Assembly: GCA_037481835.1 (NCBI GenBank) | Contig: JBBFKW010000005.1 | Span: 64,001 to 128,000, forward strand | Length of the DNA stretch: 64,000 nucleotides | Direction: 5' to 3' | Origin: Desulfosoma sp. | Lineage (GTDB): Bacteria; Desulfobacterota; Syntrophobacteria; Syntrophobacterales; DSM-9756 | Shown here: positions 1 through 9,414 of the stretch, piece after piece | How positions within the stretch are numbered: the first letter of the stretch is position 1 | Layout of the letters: the number at the start of each line of letters is the position of its first letter | Program-made: the position numbers and the translations under genes | Notes under the pieces: generated by a model | Database searches by the model: none | Told to the model about the DNA's origin: nothing | What the model saw: only the letters and a program-made list of their open reading frames with translations

Positions 1-751
1 CTTTGCGGCCGAAGTAGTAATTGATTTCCAGGAACAGAGGAGGCCCGGGTTTTCCGCCTTGAACTACGGGGAAGAGCAGGTCCATGCCCGCCAGGTTGAT
101 CCCGGTGTCCCGGCACAGGGTTCGAACCCACCTTCGCCCCTCGGTCTGAAGGTCCGGATCGCTTTCGTGATCGATCACCGCCCCTTGAGCGGCGTTATGG
201 AGAAACTGGGTGGAATCTTTCTGCACCCTCCAGTAGCTGAGCATCGTCTGCCCCACAACAACCACGCGAAGATCCCGGCCGTCGTTTTCCACAAACGGCT
301 GGACCACGAACCCCCCGAAGCCGCTTCGCTCCATGCCTTCAAGAATCTTCAGGCACTCCAGGGCTTCTTCCGGCCTCTCGACCTTGAACACCAAATTTCC
401 TTCTCCGCCGTGTGAACTCTTGAGCACGACGGGGTACTGGAGATCCTTCCAGAGGGACGCCGGGCAATGCTTGACGGACGAGAAAAGGCGGCTGGGGGGA
501 TGGGGGAGCCCCAAGGCGCGGAAAAGGCGGATGTCCCCGATTTTTCCGGGATACAGGAATCGGGTGCGAAAATCGGGAAAAACGTGGCGGCAGTGGGCTG
601 CAGCCATGCGATACAAGGGCTCAGGGCATCCTTGAGGAAGAATGACCGCGCGCGCTCGGCGCATCCATTGCCGATCTTCTTCGTCGGGTATGCGCCCGGC
701 GCACAAGCGGTTCACATCCCCTTGGATCACCGGATGATAGGACACCACCAT
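1..751 (-). CDS. RimK-like ATP-grasp protein (3' end runs off the window)
   Basis: Not in ORF track; translated by hand from ATG 751 (GAGG upstream): MVVSYHPVIQG...YPVVLKSSHGGEGNLVFKV...FVVQPFVENDGRDLRVVVVG...AGMDLLF...FLEINYYFG. These are typical ATP-grasp motifs. Confidence 0.8.
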   Translation of the reverse strand, partial: MVVSYHPVIQGDVNRLCAGRIPDEEDRQWMRRARAVILPQGCPEPLYRMAAAHCRHVFPDFRTRFLYPGKIGDIRLFRALGLPHPPSRLFSSVKHCPASLWKDLQYPVVLKSSHGGEGNLVFKVERPEEALECLKILEGMERSGFGGFVVQPFVENDGRDLRVVVVGQTMLSYWRVQKDSTQFLHNAAQGAVIDHESDPDLQTEGRRWVRTLCRDTGINLAGMDLLFPVVQGGKPGPPLFLEINYYFGRK

Positions 752-763
752 AAGATCCTCGTC

Positions 764-3700
764 TCACCCGGCGGGTTCGGCCTTCTTCCGGCCAAAGCCC
801 ATGTGGCGGCGCAGGGCCTCCGCGGTGGCCGAGCCGCGTCCGCCTTGGACCATGGCCTCAGGCGTTCCGCAAAACACCACACGGCCTCCACGATCCCCGC
901 TGCCGGGTCCCAGATCCACCACGTAGTCGCATGCCCCCACCACGTCCAGGTTGTGTTCGATGACCACGATGGTATGCCCTTGGCCGGTGAGCGCACGAAG
1001 CACCTTCAGGAGTTTGCCGATGTCCGCCCGATGCAATCCCGTGGTCGGCTCGTCCAAGAGGTAAAGAGTCGGAGCCCGATGGTTGGTGAGTTCCGCGGCG
1101 AGCTTGAGGCGCTGCGCTTCGCCGCCGGAAAGGGTGGGGCTCGGCTGCCCCAGAGTCAAGTAGCCCAGGCCCAGATCGTCCAAGACGACCAGAGGGCGAA
1201 CTACGGAGGGAACGGAAGCAAAGAACCGGCGCGCTTCGGCGATGGTCATCTGGAGCACATCGGCGATGGTCGCTCCGCGATAGGTGATGCCCAAAGTTTC
1301 CCGGTTGAACCGCCGTCCCGAACAGGCTTCGCACGGCACCGTCACATCGGGAAGAAAACTCATGGCCACCCGGATCCGCCCCTGGCCTTGGCAGGTCTCG
1401 CACCGCCCCCCCTTGACATTGAAAGAAAAGCGGCCGGCTCGGAAGCCCCGCGTTCGACTTTCGGGCACGGCGGCAAACAGCTTTCGGATCTCATCCCAAA
1501 TCCCCACGTACGTCGCAGGGGTCGAACGCGGGGTTCTCCCGATGGGCGTATGGTCCACTTCCACAATGCGGCGCAGGGCTTCATGCCCTTCAACGTCGTC
1601 CACAGGGATCGCGGGGTCGAGCCGCCCCTGGTGCTTTAGGGCGATCAAGGCTTCTTTGAGCACGTCGTAGACGAGGGAACTCTTGCCCGATCCCGAAACC
1701 CCCGTGACACAAACGAATGCGCCCAAGGGGAGGCGCACGTCGATCTGCTTGAGATTGTTGGCCCGAGCGCCTCGAACGACGAGCCATCCTTGGGGCTCGG
1801 GCCTTTCGGCCTTTGATGAACGGCCTTCGAAAAAATCCGTCCTGCCGAACCATTTTCCGGTCAAGGTGTCCGAGCGGTGCACCAAAACGTCAAACGGCCC
1901 TTCGGCCACGATGCGACCGCCTCCGCTGCCGGCCTCGGGGCCTAGTTCCACCACATGGTCGGCTTCCCTCATGGTGTCCACATCGTGCTCCACCACAAGA
2001 ACCGTGTTGCCTCGATCCGCGAGGGTCCGCAAATTTTTTAACAGCTTGGCATTATCTGCGGGATGGAGTCCGATGGTGGGCTCATCGAGAATGTAGCAGA
2101 CACCGCGAAGGTTTGAACCGAGCTGGGCGGCCAAGCGGATCCTCTGGGCTTCGCCGCCGGAAAGTGTGTCGCCGGAACGGCTGAGCGTCAAGTAATCCAA
2201 GCCCACGTTCATGAGGAAGGCCACCCTTTCCGCCATTTCGCGCGAGACCGGTTCCGCCACGGCCTGCTCGGCCCCTTGGAAGCGCAGCCCTTTCCAAGCG
2301 ATGTGAAAGTCCGTCAGAGGCAGATCCACCAGGTCCATGATGGAAAGGCCCTTGAGGCGGACTGCGCGGGCTTGGGCGTTCAGCCGGGCCCCTCGGCATT
2401 CCGGGCATGGGGCCTCGCCTTCCAGCCCGGTGCCCTGGCACCGCTGGCACATGCCGTGACGACTGTTGAAGGAAAACAGTCGGGGATCCAGGGGAGCATA
2501 GCTTTTTTCACACTCGGGACACATCAAATGACGGCTGAAGAAATGCTCCTCACCGCCGGAAACCATCACGGTCCCCCCGCCCAGTCGAAGGGCTTCCAGG
2601 ATGCGCCTTTGCAAGGCGCCGTCGCTCAGCCCCTCCACGGCCGGGCCATCCAGGACGACGAGCTCGATGTCGTGTTCCCGATGCCGGGCGATGGAAGGCG
2701 TCGGAGCAAGGGGAAGGATAACGCCGTCGATCCGCACCCGCTCAAAACCCATGCGGGACAGCCGCAAGAAAAGGTCTTTGTAAATCCCCTTGCGACCCCG
2801 CACGAGAGGGGCGAGGAGCATGCCGCGCCCGTAGCGCAGTTCGGCTTCCACCAGCCGCACGATAGCGTCGGGGTTCATGGCTTCCAGAAGCTTTCCGCAG
2901 GAAGGGCAGTGCTGTCGACCCAGCCGGGCGAAGGCCAAGCGCAGGAAATGATAGATCTCGGTAATGGTTCCCACGGTGGACTTTCGGCCCAACTGGGATG
3001 TTCTCTGTTCGATGGCCACGGTGGGGGGAAGCCCGAGAATCTGATCCACGTCGGGCTTTTCCAAGATCTTGAAATACTGGCGCACAAAGGCGGAAAGGCA
3101 TTCCAGGTAACGCCTCTGGCCTTCGGCGAAAAGGATGTCGAAAGCCAAGGACGATTTTCCCGACCCACTGAGTCCCGTGAAAACCGTCATGCCGTGGAGG
3201 GGCAATTTGAGTTCGTCCACCTTGAGGTTGTGTTCCCGAGCGCCGCGAACGATGATGTGAGAAGGCTTTTCGAACGGCTCCCGTTTTCGCGACCCGCTTT
3301 TTCTATCCGGATCTTCCAGGGGGTGAGTCGCCACCTGGGGCCCCAAGAGGCCGCGTTTTCTGAGATAGCGCCCCGTGTGGCTGTTTTCCACGGCCGCCAC
3401 CACGTCCGGAGGACCGGCCGCCACCACGTGTCCTCCCCGGTCGCCGCCTTCGGGACCCAAGTCGATGATCCAATCGCACGCGCTCAGCAGTTCCAGGTTG
3501 TGTTCGACGACCAAGACGGTGTGGCCCTCATCCACCAGCCGCTGCAGGATGGCGATGAGTTTCCGGAGGTCGTGGGGATGGAGCCCCACGGTGGGCTCGT
3601 CCAGGATAAAAAAGATGCCCTTGCCCGGCGGGCCCGATGGAGTCGTGCCCAGGTAGCGCAAAAGCTTCACTCTTTGGGCTTCGCCGCCGGAAAGCATGGT

Positions 3701-6136
3701 CAGCGGCTGACCGAGGCGGATATAATCCAGCCCGATGGCCGCCACCGGTTCCAGCGCCTTTCGAATGAGCCCGTGATCGGAAAAGATCTCCAGGATTTCC
3801 TGCGCCGTCTTTTCCAAAAGATCGGCAATGGACAGGCCGCGCACCCGGATGTCCAGGACTTCGTCGCGAAAGCGCCGCCCGTCACAGACCGGACAGCGCA
3901 CATAGGCATCGGCCAGGAACTGCATCTCGATCTTAAGAAAGCCTTCGCCCTTGCAATGATCGCATCGTCCCCCCGGGACGTTGAAGGAAAAATGCCCTTC
4001 CCCGTAGCCTCTGAGCCGGGCCTCGGCAGTGGCGGCGAAGAGCTTTCTCAGGGGGTCCATGACCTTGGTGTAGGTGAGCAGGTTCGCCCGAGGGGACCGA
4101 CCCACGGGCCTTTGGTCCACCAGGACCATGTCGGCGACGGCGTCGGCCCCTTGCAAAGAGCGGTGTCGGCCCGGCGTTTCTCCGGGTAGCCCTCGAAGAC
4201 GGCGCCAGCCGTGATAAAGGGTCGTCTCCACGAGCGTGCTTTTGCCGGATCCGGACACCCCGCTGACCCCGATGAGACAGCCGAGGGGGAAGGAGACCGT
4301 GATGTCCTTGAGATTGTTCTCCGATGCCCCTGTGATGGTGATGGCCTCCGAAGAGACCCTACGGGAGCGACCTTTGGCGATGGTCGCCAGCCGGGCTCCG
4401 GGCTGAGGATAGAGGTACCGTCCCGTCAGGCTTTCCGGCACGGACGGCAAGCCTTCCGGAGGGCCCTGATAGAGAATCCTTCCGCCCTTTTCCCCGCCGG
4501 ACGGCCCCATGTCGATGAGCTCGTCGGCCATGCGGACCATATCGGGATCGTGTTCCACGAGGAGCACGGTGTTTCCCAAAGAAACGAGCCGGCGCAAAGG
4601 GCCCATGAGCCGCTCCTGATCTCTCGCGTGCAGCCCCACACTGGGTTCGTCCAGCACATACAGCACGTGGGTAAGCGCGGAACCCAGGGCTCGGGTCAAG
4701 TGGACCCTCTGCACCTCGCCTCCTGAAAGGGTTCGGGATTGGCGATCGAGAGTGAGGTAATCCAGGCCAACGTCCGAAAGGAACTGGAGGCGGCTGCGGA
4801 TTTCGGTGGTGAGCAGCGCTGCGGCGGGGTCCTGCCGGCATCGCTCCCACAACCCATCGAAAAACGCCAAGGAGCGTTTCACAGACCAGGCGCACAACTC
4901 ATCGATGGCCACCCCGTCGAGGCGATAGACTCGGGCGGCGTCCCGATATCGGCTGCCGCCGCACTCCTGGCACGGCACGTAGGCTCGATATCGTGACAGG
5001 AAAACCCGCACGTGCATTTTGTAGGTCTTGGATTCCAGCCATTGAAAGAATCCGCGCACACCGTAGAAGCCGCCGTGGCCGTCAAGGATTTTACGGCGAT
5101 CTTCATCCGAAAGATCCCGGAAAGGGACGTCCACGGGGATGTGTTCGCGCCGGCAAAAATCCAACAGCTCCTCGTATTCCATGCGGTCCGGGGTCCAGGG
5201 GCGGATGGCCCCCTGACGCAGGGACAGTTTGGGGTCGGGGACGACCAGGTCCATATCCACATCGATGACCCGGCCGAATCCCCGACAATGCGGGCACGCG
5301 CCCAAGGGGCTGTTAAAGGAAAAGAGGTTGGGCGATGGCGGCTCGATGCTTACGCCGCACCGGGCGCATTTCAGGTCCTGGGAAAACCGTAGAAGCTCCC
5401 CGTCCACAACGGCGACCGCCGCTTCGCCGGTCCCCATGGCGAAAGCCGTGCGCAAAGAATCGAGCACCCGGGCCGGTTCGGCCTTGGCCCACAGAAGACG
5501 ATCCACCACGACAAGGAGATTCTCCGGGGACGGTTTCTTGAGTTCTTCCCGAGGCAAGGTCTCGAGGTCCACAACTTTTCCCGAGACATAGAGGCGCAAA
5601 AAACCCTGGGTCACGAGCTCCTGAGCCCATTTCTTTCCCGAGGGACGATAAGGAAAGCCGATGACGAGGCGGGACTCGGGGGGCAGATTCCGAAGGCTCT
5701 CGAGGACGGACTCGGGGTCTTCCTTGCGGACGACAGCGCCGCAGCGCGGGCAGTGAGGCACCGCCATGCGGGCGTAAAGGTATTTCAAATGGTCATTGAT
5801 TTCCGTCATGGTCCCGACGGTGGACCGGGAGCTGCGCACCGTGGTGGCCGATTCGATGGCAATGGCCGGAGGGATCCCCTCGATGACGTCGGCGTCGGGG
5901 CGGTCCATTCTTTCCAGAAACTGGCGGGCGTACGGGGAAAAGGTTTCCACGTACCGGCGCTGGCCTTCGGCGTACAGGGTATGGATGGCGAGACTGGATT
6001 TGCCGGACCCACTGACGCCGCTGACGGCGATGAGGCGATACAGGGGAAGATCCAGATCCAGGTTCTTGAGGTTGTGCTGGCGCACGCCGCGCAGTCGGAT
6101 TTGTGCGCCGTCTTCGGGACTGTGTTTCGAAACCAT
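764..6136 (-). CDS. uvrA: Double-length excinuclease ABC subunit A (two fused UvrA modules, ~1790 aa)
   Basis: Four Walker A motifs (GVSGSGKSS, GVSGSGKST, GLSGSGKSS, GVSGSGKSS), four LSGGE signatures, CxxC zinc fingers, repeated AEGQRRY motif. ATG 6136 preferred over the track start 6175. Confidence 0.93.
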   Translation of the reverse strand: MVSKHSPEDGAQIRLRGVRQHNLKNLDLDLPLYRLIAVSGVSGSGKSSLAIHTLYAEGQRRYVETFSPYARQFLERMDRPDADVIEGIPPAIAIESATTVRSSRSTVGTMTEINDHLKYLYARMAVPHCPRCGAVVRKEDPESVLESLRNLPPESRLVIGFPYRPSGKKWAQELVTQGFLRLYVSGKVVDLETLPREELKKPSPENLLVVVDRLLWAKAEPARVLDSLRTAFAMGTGEAAVAVVDGELLRFSQDLKCARCGVSIEPPSPNLFSFNSPLGACPHCRGFGRVIDVDMDLVVPDPKLSLRQGAIRPWTPDRMEYEELLDFCRREHIPVDVPFRDLSDEDRRKILDGHGGFYGVRGFFQWLESKTYKMHVRVFLSRYRAYVPCQECGGSRYRDAARVYRLDGVAIDELCAWSVKRSLAFFDGLWERCRQDPAAALLTTEIRSRLQFLSDVGLDYLTLDRQSRTLSGGEVQRVHLTRALGSALTHVLYVLDEPSVGLHARDQERLMGPLRRLVSLGNTVLLVEHDPDMVRMADELIDMGPSGGEKGGRILYQGPPEGLPSVPESLTGRYLYPQPGARLATIAKGRSRRVSSEAITITGASENNLKDITVSFPLGCLIGVSGVSGSGKSTLVETTLYHGWRRLRGLPGETPGRHRSLQGADAVADMVLVDQRPVGRSPRANLLTYTKVMDPLRKLFAATAEARLRGYGEGHFSFNVPGGRCDHCKGEGFLKIEMQFLADAYVRCPVCDGRRFRDEVLDIRVRGLSIADLLEKTAQEILEIFSDHGLIRKALEPVAAIGLDYIRLGQPLTMLSGGEAQRVKLLRYLGTTPSGPPGKGIFFILDEPTVGLHPHDLRKLIAILQRLVDEGHTVLVVEHNLELLSACDWIIDLGPEGGDRGGHVVAAGPPDVVAAVENSHTGRYLRKRGLLGPQVATHPLEDPDRKSGSRKREPFEKPSHIIVRGAREHNLKVDELKLPLHGMTVFTGLSGSGKSSLAFDILFAEGQRRYLECLSAFVRQYFKILEKPDVDQILGLPPTVAIEQRTSQLGRKSTVGTITEIYHFLRLAFARLGRQHCPSCGKLLEAMNPDAIVRLVEAELRYGRGMLLAPLVRGRKGIYKDLFLRLSRMGFERVRIDGVILPLAPTPSIARHREHDIELVVLDGPAVEGLSDGALQRRILEALRLGGGTVMVSGGEEHFFSRHLMCPECEKSYAPLDPRLFSFNSRHGMCQRCQGTGLEGEAPCPECRGARLNAQARAVRLKGLSIMDLVDLPLTDFHIAWKGLRFQGAEQAVAEPVSREMAERVAFLMNVGLDYLTLSRSGDTLSGGEAQRIRLAAQLGSNLRGVCYILDEPTIGLHPADNAKLLKNLRTLADRGNTVLVVEHDVDTMREADHVVELGPEAGSGGGRIVAEGPFDVLVHRSDTLTGKWFGRTDFFEGRSSKAERPEPQGWLVVRGARANNLKQIDVRLPLGAFVCVTGVSGSGKSSLVYDVLKEALIALKHQGRLDPAIPVDDVEGHEALRRIVEVDHTPIGRTPRSTPATYVGIWDEIRKLFAAVPESRTRGFRAGRFSFNVKGGRCETCQGQGRIRVAMSFLPDVTVPCEACSGRRFNRETLGITYRGATIADVLQMTIAEARRFFASVPSVVRPLVVLDDLGLGYLTLGQPSPTLSGGEAQRLKLAAELTNHRAPTLYLLDEPTTGLHRADIGKLLKVLRALTGQGHTIVVIEHNLDVVGACDYVVDLGPGSGDRGGRVVFCGTPEAMVQGGRGSATAEALRRHMGFGRKKAEPAG

Positions 6137-6201
6137 GGCACCCTTTCCACGCCCGTGTGTCGGACCGCCACACATCGCGCGTGGGCCAATTTCGGCAGTC
6201 G

Positions 6202-7599
6202 CTAGGCTTTCGTGAGCGTGATGAAGACCATCTCACCCTCGGTCCGGAAGCGCACGGGAGATCCGGAAACTCCGACACCGGCACTCGTATAACCGATCAT
6301 GTCCTTGTGTTTCCAGAGCCCCTGGACGAGGGAGCGAGGCGATCGGGTATGGGTGAACACCGGGCCGATGCGGGGCACTTGAATTTGACCGGCATGGGTG
6401 TGTCCGCACAGATACAGCGGCACGCCGTAACGAGCGGCTTCTTCGGCGATTTCCGGAGAGTGGACGAGCAAAATGACGAAGGCGCCTGGAGGAACCTGTG
6501 CCAAGGCGGCAGGGAGGTCGTCGGCGCGGAAGTAGTGGGGATCATCCACCCCGACGACGCAGAGGCAATCGGTGCCTCGCTGAAAACAGTGGGCTTCGTT
6601 GACGAGGAATCGGATGCCGTCGTCTTTCAAGGCGGCGACCATTTCCGGGCAGTCGTGATTGCCCAAAACCGCCAAAACCCCGTCTCGCGCCTTGATGTGG
6701 GGCACCAGGAGACGCAGCCGCCGGATGGCTTCGTCGCTGGGTCCGTAGTTTTCCATGCGGTAATCCCCGCCGAGAAGGCAGAGATCCACGGGCTCATCGG
6801 CGAGCCATTCCTGGAGGCGCTCCACCAAGCCGTCCAGACCGTCGAGGTGCAAGTCCGTCAAGAGCAGCAGGGTATAACCGTCGAAAGCAGGCGGGAGGTT
6901 GGGAAAAGCGAGACTCAGGCGCCGCTTCGTCACGTTGAGCGCATTGGCCTTGCCGGCGTCGATCAGCCGCAGCCATCGAAACACCGTGTTCATCACCACG
7001 CGATACAGCACGACGTCTTCAAAATGAAACATGTGGGCCCAAGGCGCCGTGCGGATCTGGCAGCTGGTCAATTCCCGAAAGCGCACCCGGGTGTTGACCG
7101 GCCTCGGATATCCTTCAAAAGGTTGCTGGGAGAGAATCTTTTTGAAAAAATGCGACCCCACGTAGGCCCCCACACAAAAGAGTAGGATCAGGGAGCCGAT
7201 CACCGCCGGATGGGTGCCCACGTAAGGAAAGAGCACGATGAAGGGGAACGCGCCCTCGAAAAGCTGGTCCAGGAGCGGCACCGTGCTGCCGCTGGTGAGA
7301 TTCAGTCGGCGCTTGACAAAGCTGGAAAGGAGATCCCCGGCCATGCTGAGCACGGCGGCCGCCCCGCCCGCAAACCATGGCAAACCAAGGATCGGGGCCG
7401 CCACCATCCCCGTGGCCACAGCGCCTGCCACCCCGCGAATCGTCTTGTTCGGCCCGAAAAGGGGCTTCCCATCCCAAAAAACACGGCCCCCGTCCACCGG
7501 GGCCGCCCAGCGCTTGTCAAAAAGAAACGCCAGCAGGGGAGGTGCGAAGTTGACAAGCCACAAGAGCACAAGAGCACTCAAAAAATTTTGCATACCCAT
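6202..7599 (-). CDS. Fusion of CarS/CDP-archaeol-synthase-like (CTP-transferase) membrane domain and calcineurin-like metallophosphoesterase
   Basis: N-terminal: N.APP..PVDGG..DGKPLFGPNKTIRG and GDLLSSFVKRRL...PLLDQL. C-terminal: DLH, GGD, GNHD, HS, GHTHAGQ. Confidence 0.78.
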   Translation of the reverse strand: MGMQNFLSALVLLWLVNFAPPLLAFLFDKRWAAPVDGGRVFWDGKPLFGPNKTIRGVAGAVATGMVAAPILGLPWFAGGAAAVLSMAGDLLSSFVKRRLNLTSGSTVPLLDQLFEGAFPFIVLFPYVGTHPAVIGSLILLFCVGAYVGSHFFKKILSQQPFEGYPRPVNTRVRFRELTSCQIRTAPWAHMFHFEDVVLYRVVMNTVFRWLRLIDAGKANALNVTKRRLSLAFPNLPPAFDGYTLLLLTDLHLDGLDGLVERLQEWLADEPVDLCLLGGDYRMENYGPSDEAIRRLRLLVPHIKARDGVLAVLGNHDCPEMVAALKDDGIRFLVNEAHCFQRGTDCLCVVGVDDPHYFRADDLPAALAQVPPGAFVILLVHSPEIAEEAARYGVPLYLCGHTHAGQIQVPRIGPVFTHTRSPRSLVQGLWKHKDMIGYTSAGVGVSGSPVRFRTEGEMVFITLTKA

Positions 7600-7664
7600 C
7601 CCATCGATCCCCCATCATCGTGCGCTATCACGGCGGCTCGGGCCACACCTCGGAGGATGTCACA

Positions 7665-8930
7665 GTGCGTAAGCCGGGCGCCGTGGTCTTTCGCTATCAT
7701 CCGTCGAACCGGTACAGCTTCCTGGCGCTTTTGGCCTCCTTGGAAGCCCGACAGGGCGGGGATGATACACCGATTCTTTGGCTGGATACCAGAACAAACG
7801 CCGAGACAGCCTCAACCCTCAGGCAATGGCTTGCGGCTTACGACCGACTGCTGGTCGCCTACTCCTTCATGACCTCCCAATGGGCCGAAACGGTCCGGGA
7901 AGTGCGCTTTTTGTCCCTTTTGCCGGAACGGAATGGATGCGTCCTTGCAGCGGGAGGGCCTCATCCGTCCGCCAGCCCACGATCGGTCCTTCAAGCCGGC
8001 TTCGATGTGGTGTGCCGGGGCGACGGCGAGCCCGTGTTTCCGGAATTGGTTCGTCGGTGGGCCGAGGGGGCGCCGCTGCATCCCATTCCGGGGCTTTACC
8101 TTCGCACCCCGGACGGTCCCATTTACACCGGGCCTCCTCGAAGGGCCAGCCTGGATCTCGTCCCGGCTCTTCCCCTCGCCCACGGGAAATACGGGCCCAT
8201 TGAAGTCACCCGGGGATGCCCCTACCGGTGCCGGTATTGCCAAACCCCGCGCCTCAAGGGCCGAAGGGTTCGCCACAGGAGCTTGGATGCAATTTTTCGG
8301 GCTGTGGAGACGATGATTCAAGCGGGTCGAAAAGATATTCGCTTTATTTCGCCTAACGCCTTCGCTTACGGGTCCCCCGACGGACGGCAGCTCAACCTGA
8401 CAGCGCTTCATGCCCTGTTGTCCGGCCTTCGGGACCGCCTATCCGTCACCGGCCGCATCTTCTTCGGCACCTTCCCTTCGGAGGTCCGCCCCGAATGGGT
8501 CCGGCCGGAAACGGTGGCTCTGGTGGCGCGCTACGCCGACAATCGTCAGCTTGTCATGGGGGCGCAAAGCGGAGATCCGCAAATGCTCGCCCGGATGGAG
8601 CGCGGCCATACCCCGGAAGATGTGCGCAGAGCATGCGCTGTCATGAAGACTTTCGGATTCCAGCCCATTGTCGACTTCATCCTCGGGCTGCCAGGGGAGA
8701 GGCGCGAGCAGATGGCACGTTCCGTGGATTTCATGGAAGAACTGGCCGAAGAAGGGGCTCGCATCCACGCCCACACCTTCATGCCCCTTGCCGGTACGCC
8801 CTGGGCCGCTCGGAAAGGCGAACCCATCCCGGATGACATCCGATCCCGCCTCGAACAGCTCATTTCCAGGGGCAAACTGTTCGGACAGTGGAAAGCCCAA
8901 GCCCGACTGGCCCGAAGTGCGATCCCATGA
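7665..8930 (+). CDS. B12-binding domain / radical SAM protein
   Basis: AGGPHPS..GDGE B12-binding-type segment and CPYRCRYC CxxxCxxC motif. GTG 7665 follows GGAGG. Confidence 0.85.
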   Translation: MRKPGAVVFRYHPSNRYSFLALLASLEARQGGDDTPILWLDTRTNAETASTLRQWLAAYDRLLVAYSFMTSQWAETVREVRFLSLLPERNGCVLAAGGPHPSASPRSVLQAGFDVVCRGDGEPVFPELVRRWAEGAPLHPIPGLYLRTPDGPIYTGPPRRASLDLVPALPLAHGKYGPIEVTRGCPYRCRYCQTPRLKGRRVRHRSLDAIFRAVETMIQAGRKDIRFISPNAFAYGSPDGRQLNLTALHALLSGLRDRLSVTGRIFFGTFPSEVRPEWVRPETVALVARYADNRQLVMGAQSGDPQMLARMERGHTPEDVRRACAVMKTFGFQPIVDFILGLPGERREQMARSVDFMEELAEEGARIHAHTFMPLAGTPWAARKGEPIPDDIRSRLEQLISRGKLFGQWKAQARLARSAIP

Positions 8931-9414
8931 GGCGACGCATTTTTCTGTGGTCGGACCGTCAACGTTTTGATATCAATTCGTTTGCCATTCCAATCCGCGA
9001 ACCTCCCCCGTTGGTTTTTTCTCTCGGCCTATGGAGGGTTCCGATGTCGCCTTGGACAGCCCCATTCTGCAAGCACCGGCTCCTCTTTTGCTCTACAACC
9101 TCGGTGTTTTTCAACCTTCTTCGCCCATCGACCCCATCGTGCAGGCTTTCTGAACCCCGTTGTTTTGATCCCTGGGCGTCTCGCAGCCTCGCGGCGTGCA
9201 CCCCTTTTGACCATAAAGTCCAACCCCGGCGCGACGAGGCAAAACAGGTGCCGGGTCGGGATCCCATGAGGATAAAGTGCGAGGGAAGGAGGTGGAAAAA
9301 ATCGGGCCAATGGGAAGACAGAAGGGCTGATTGTGCCTTCGGGCACGCTGTGTTCGGTCAGTTTTGTGTTTCGTTTCTAACCGATCCCCATCGCCTCGAC
9401 AAAGGAGCAGATCC

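Noticed and set aside
467..4189. Long plus-strand ORFs (390 aa, 637 aa) and similar antisense ORFs across the window, e.g. 22274-24085 and 47868-49721
   Set aside because: Shadow frames opposite well-supported genes in high-GC DNA; no motifs.
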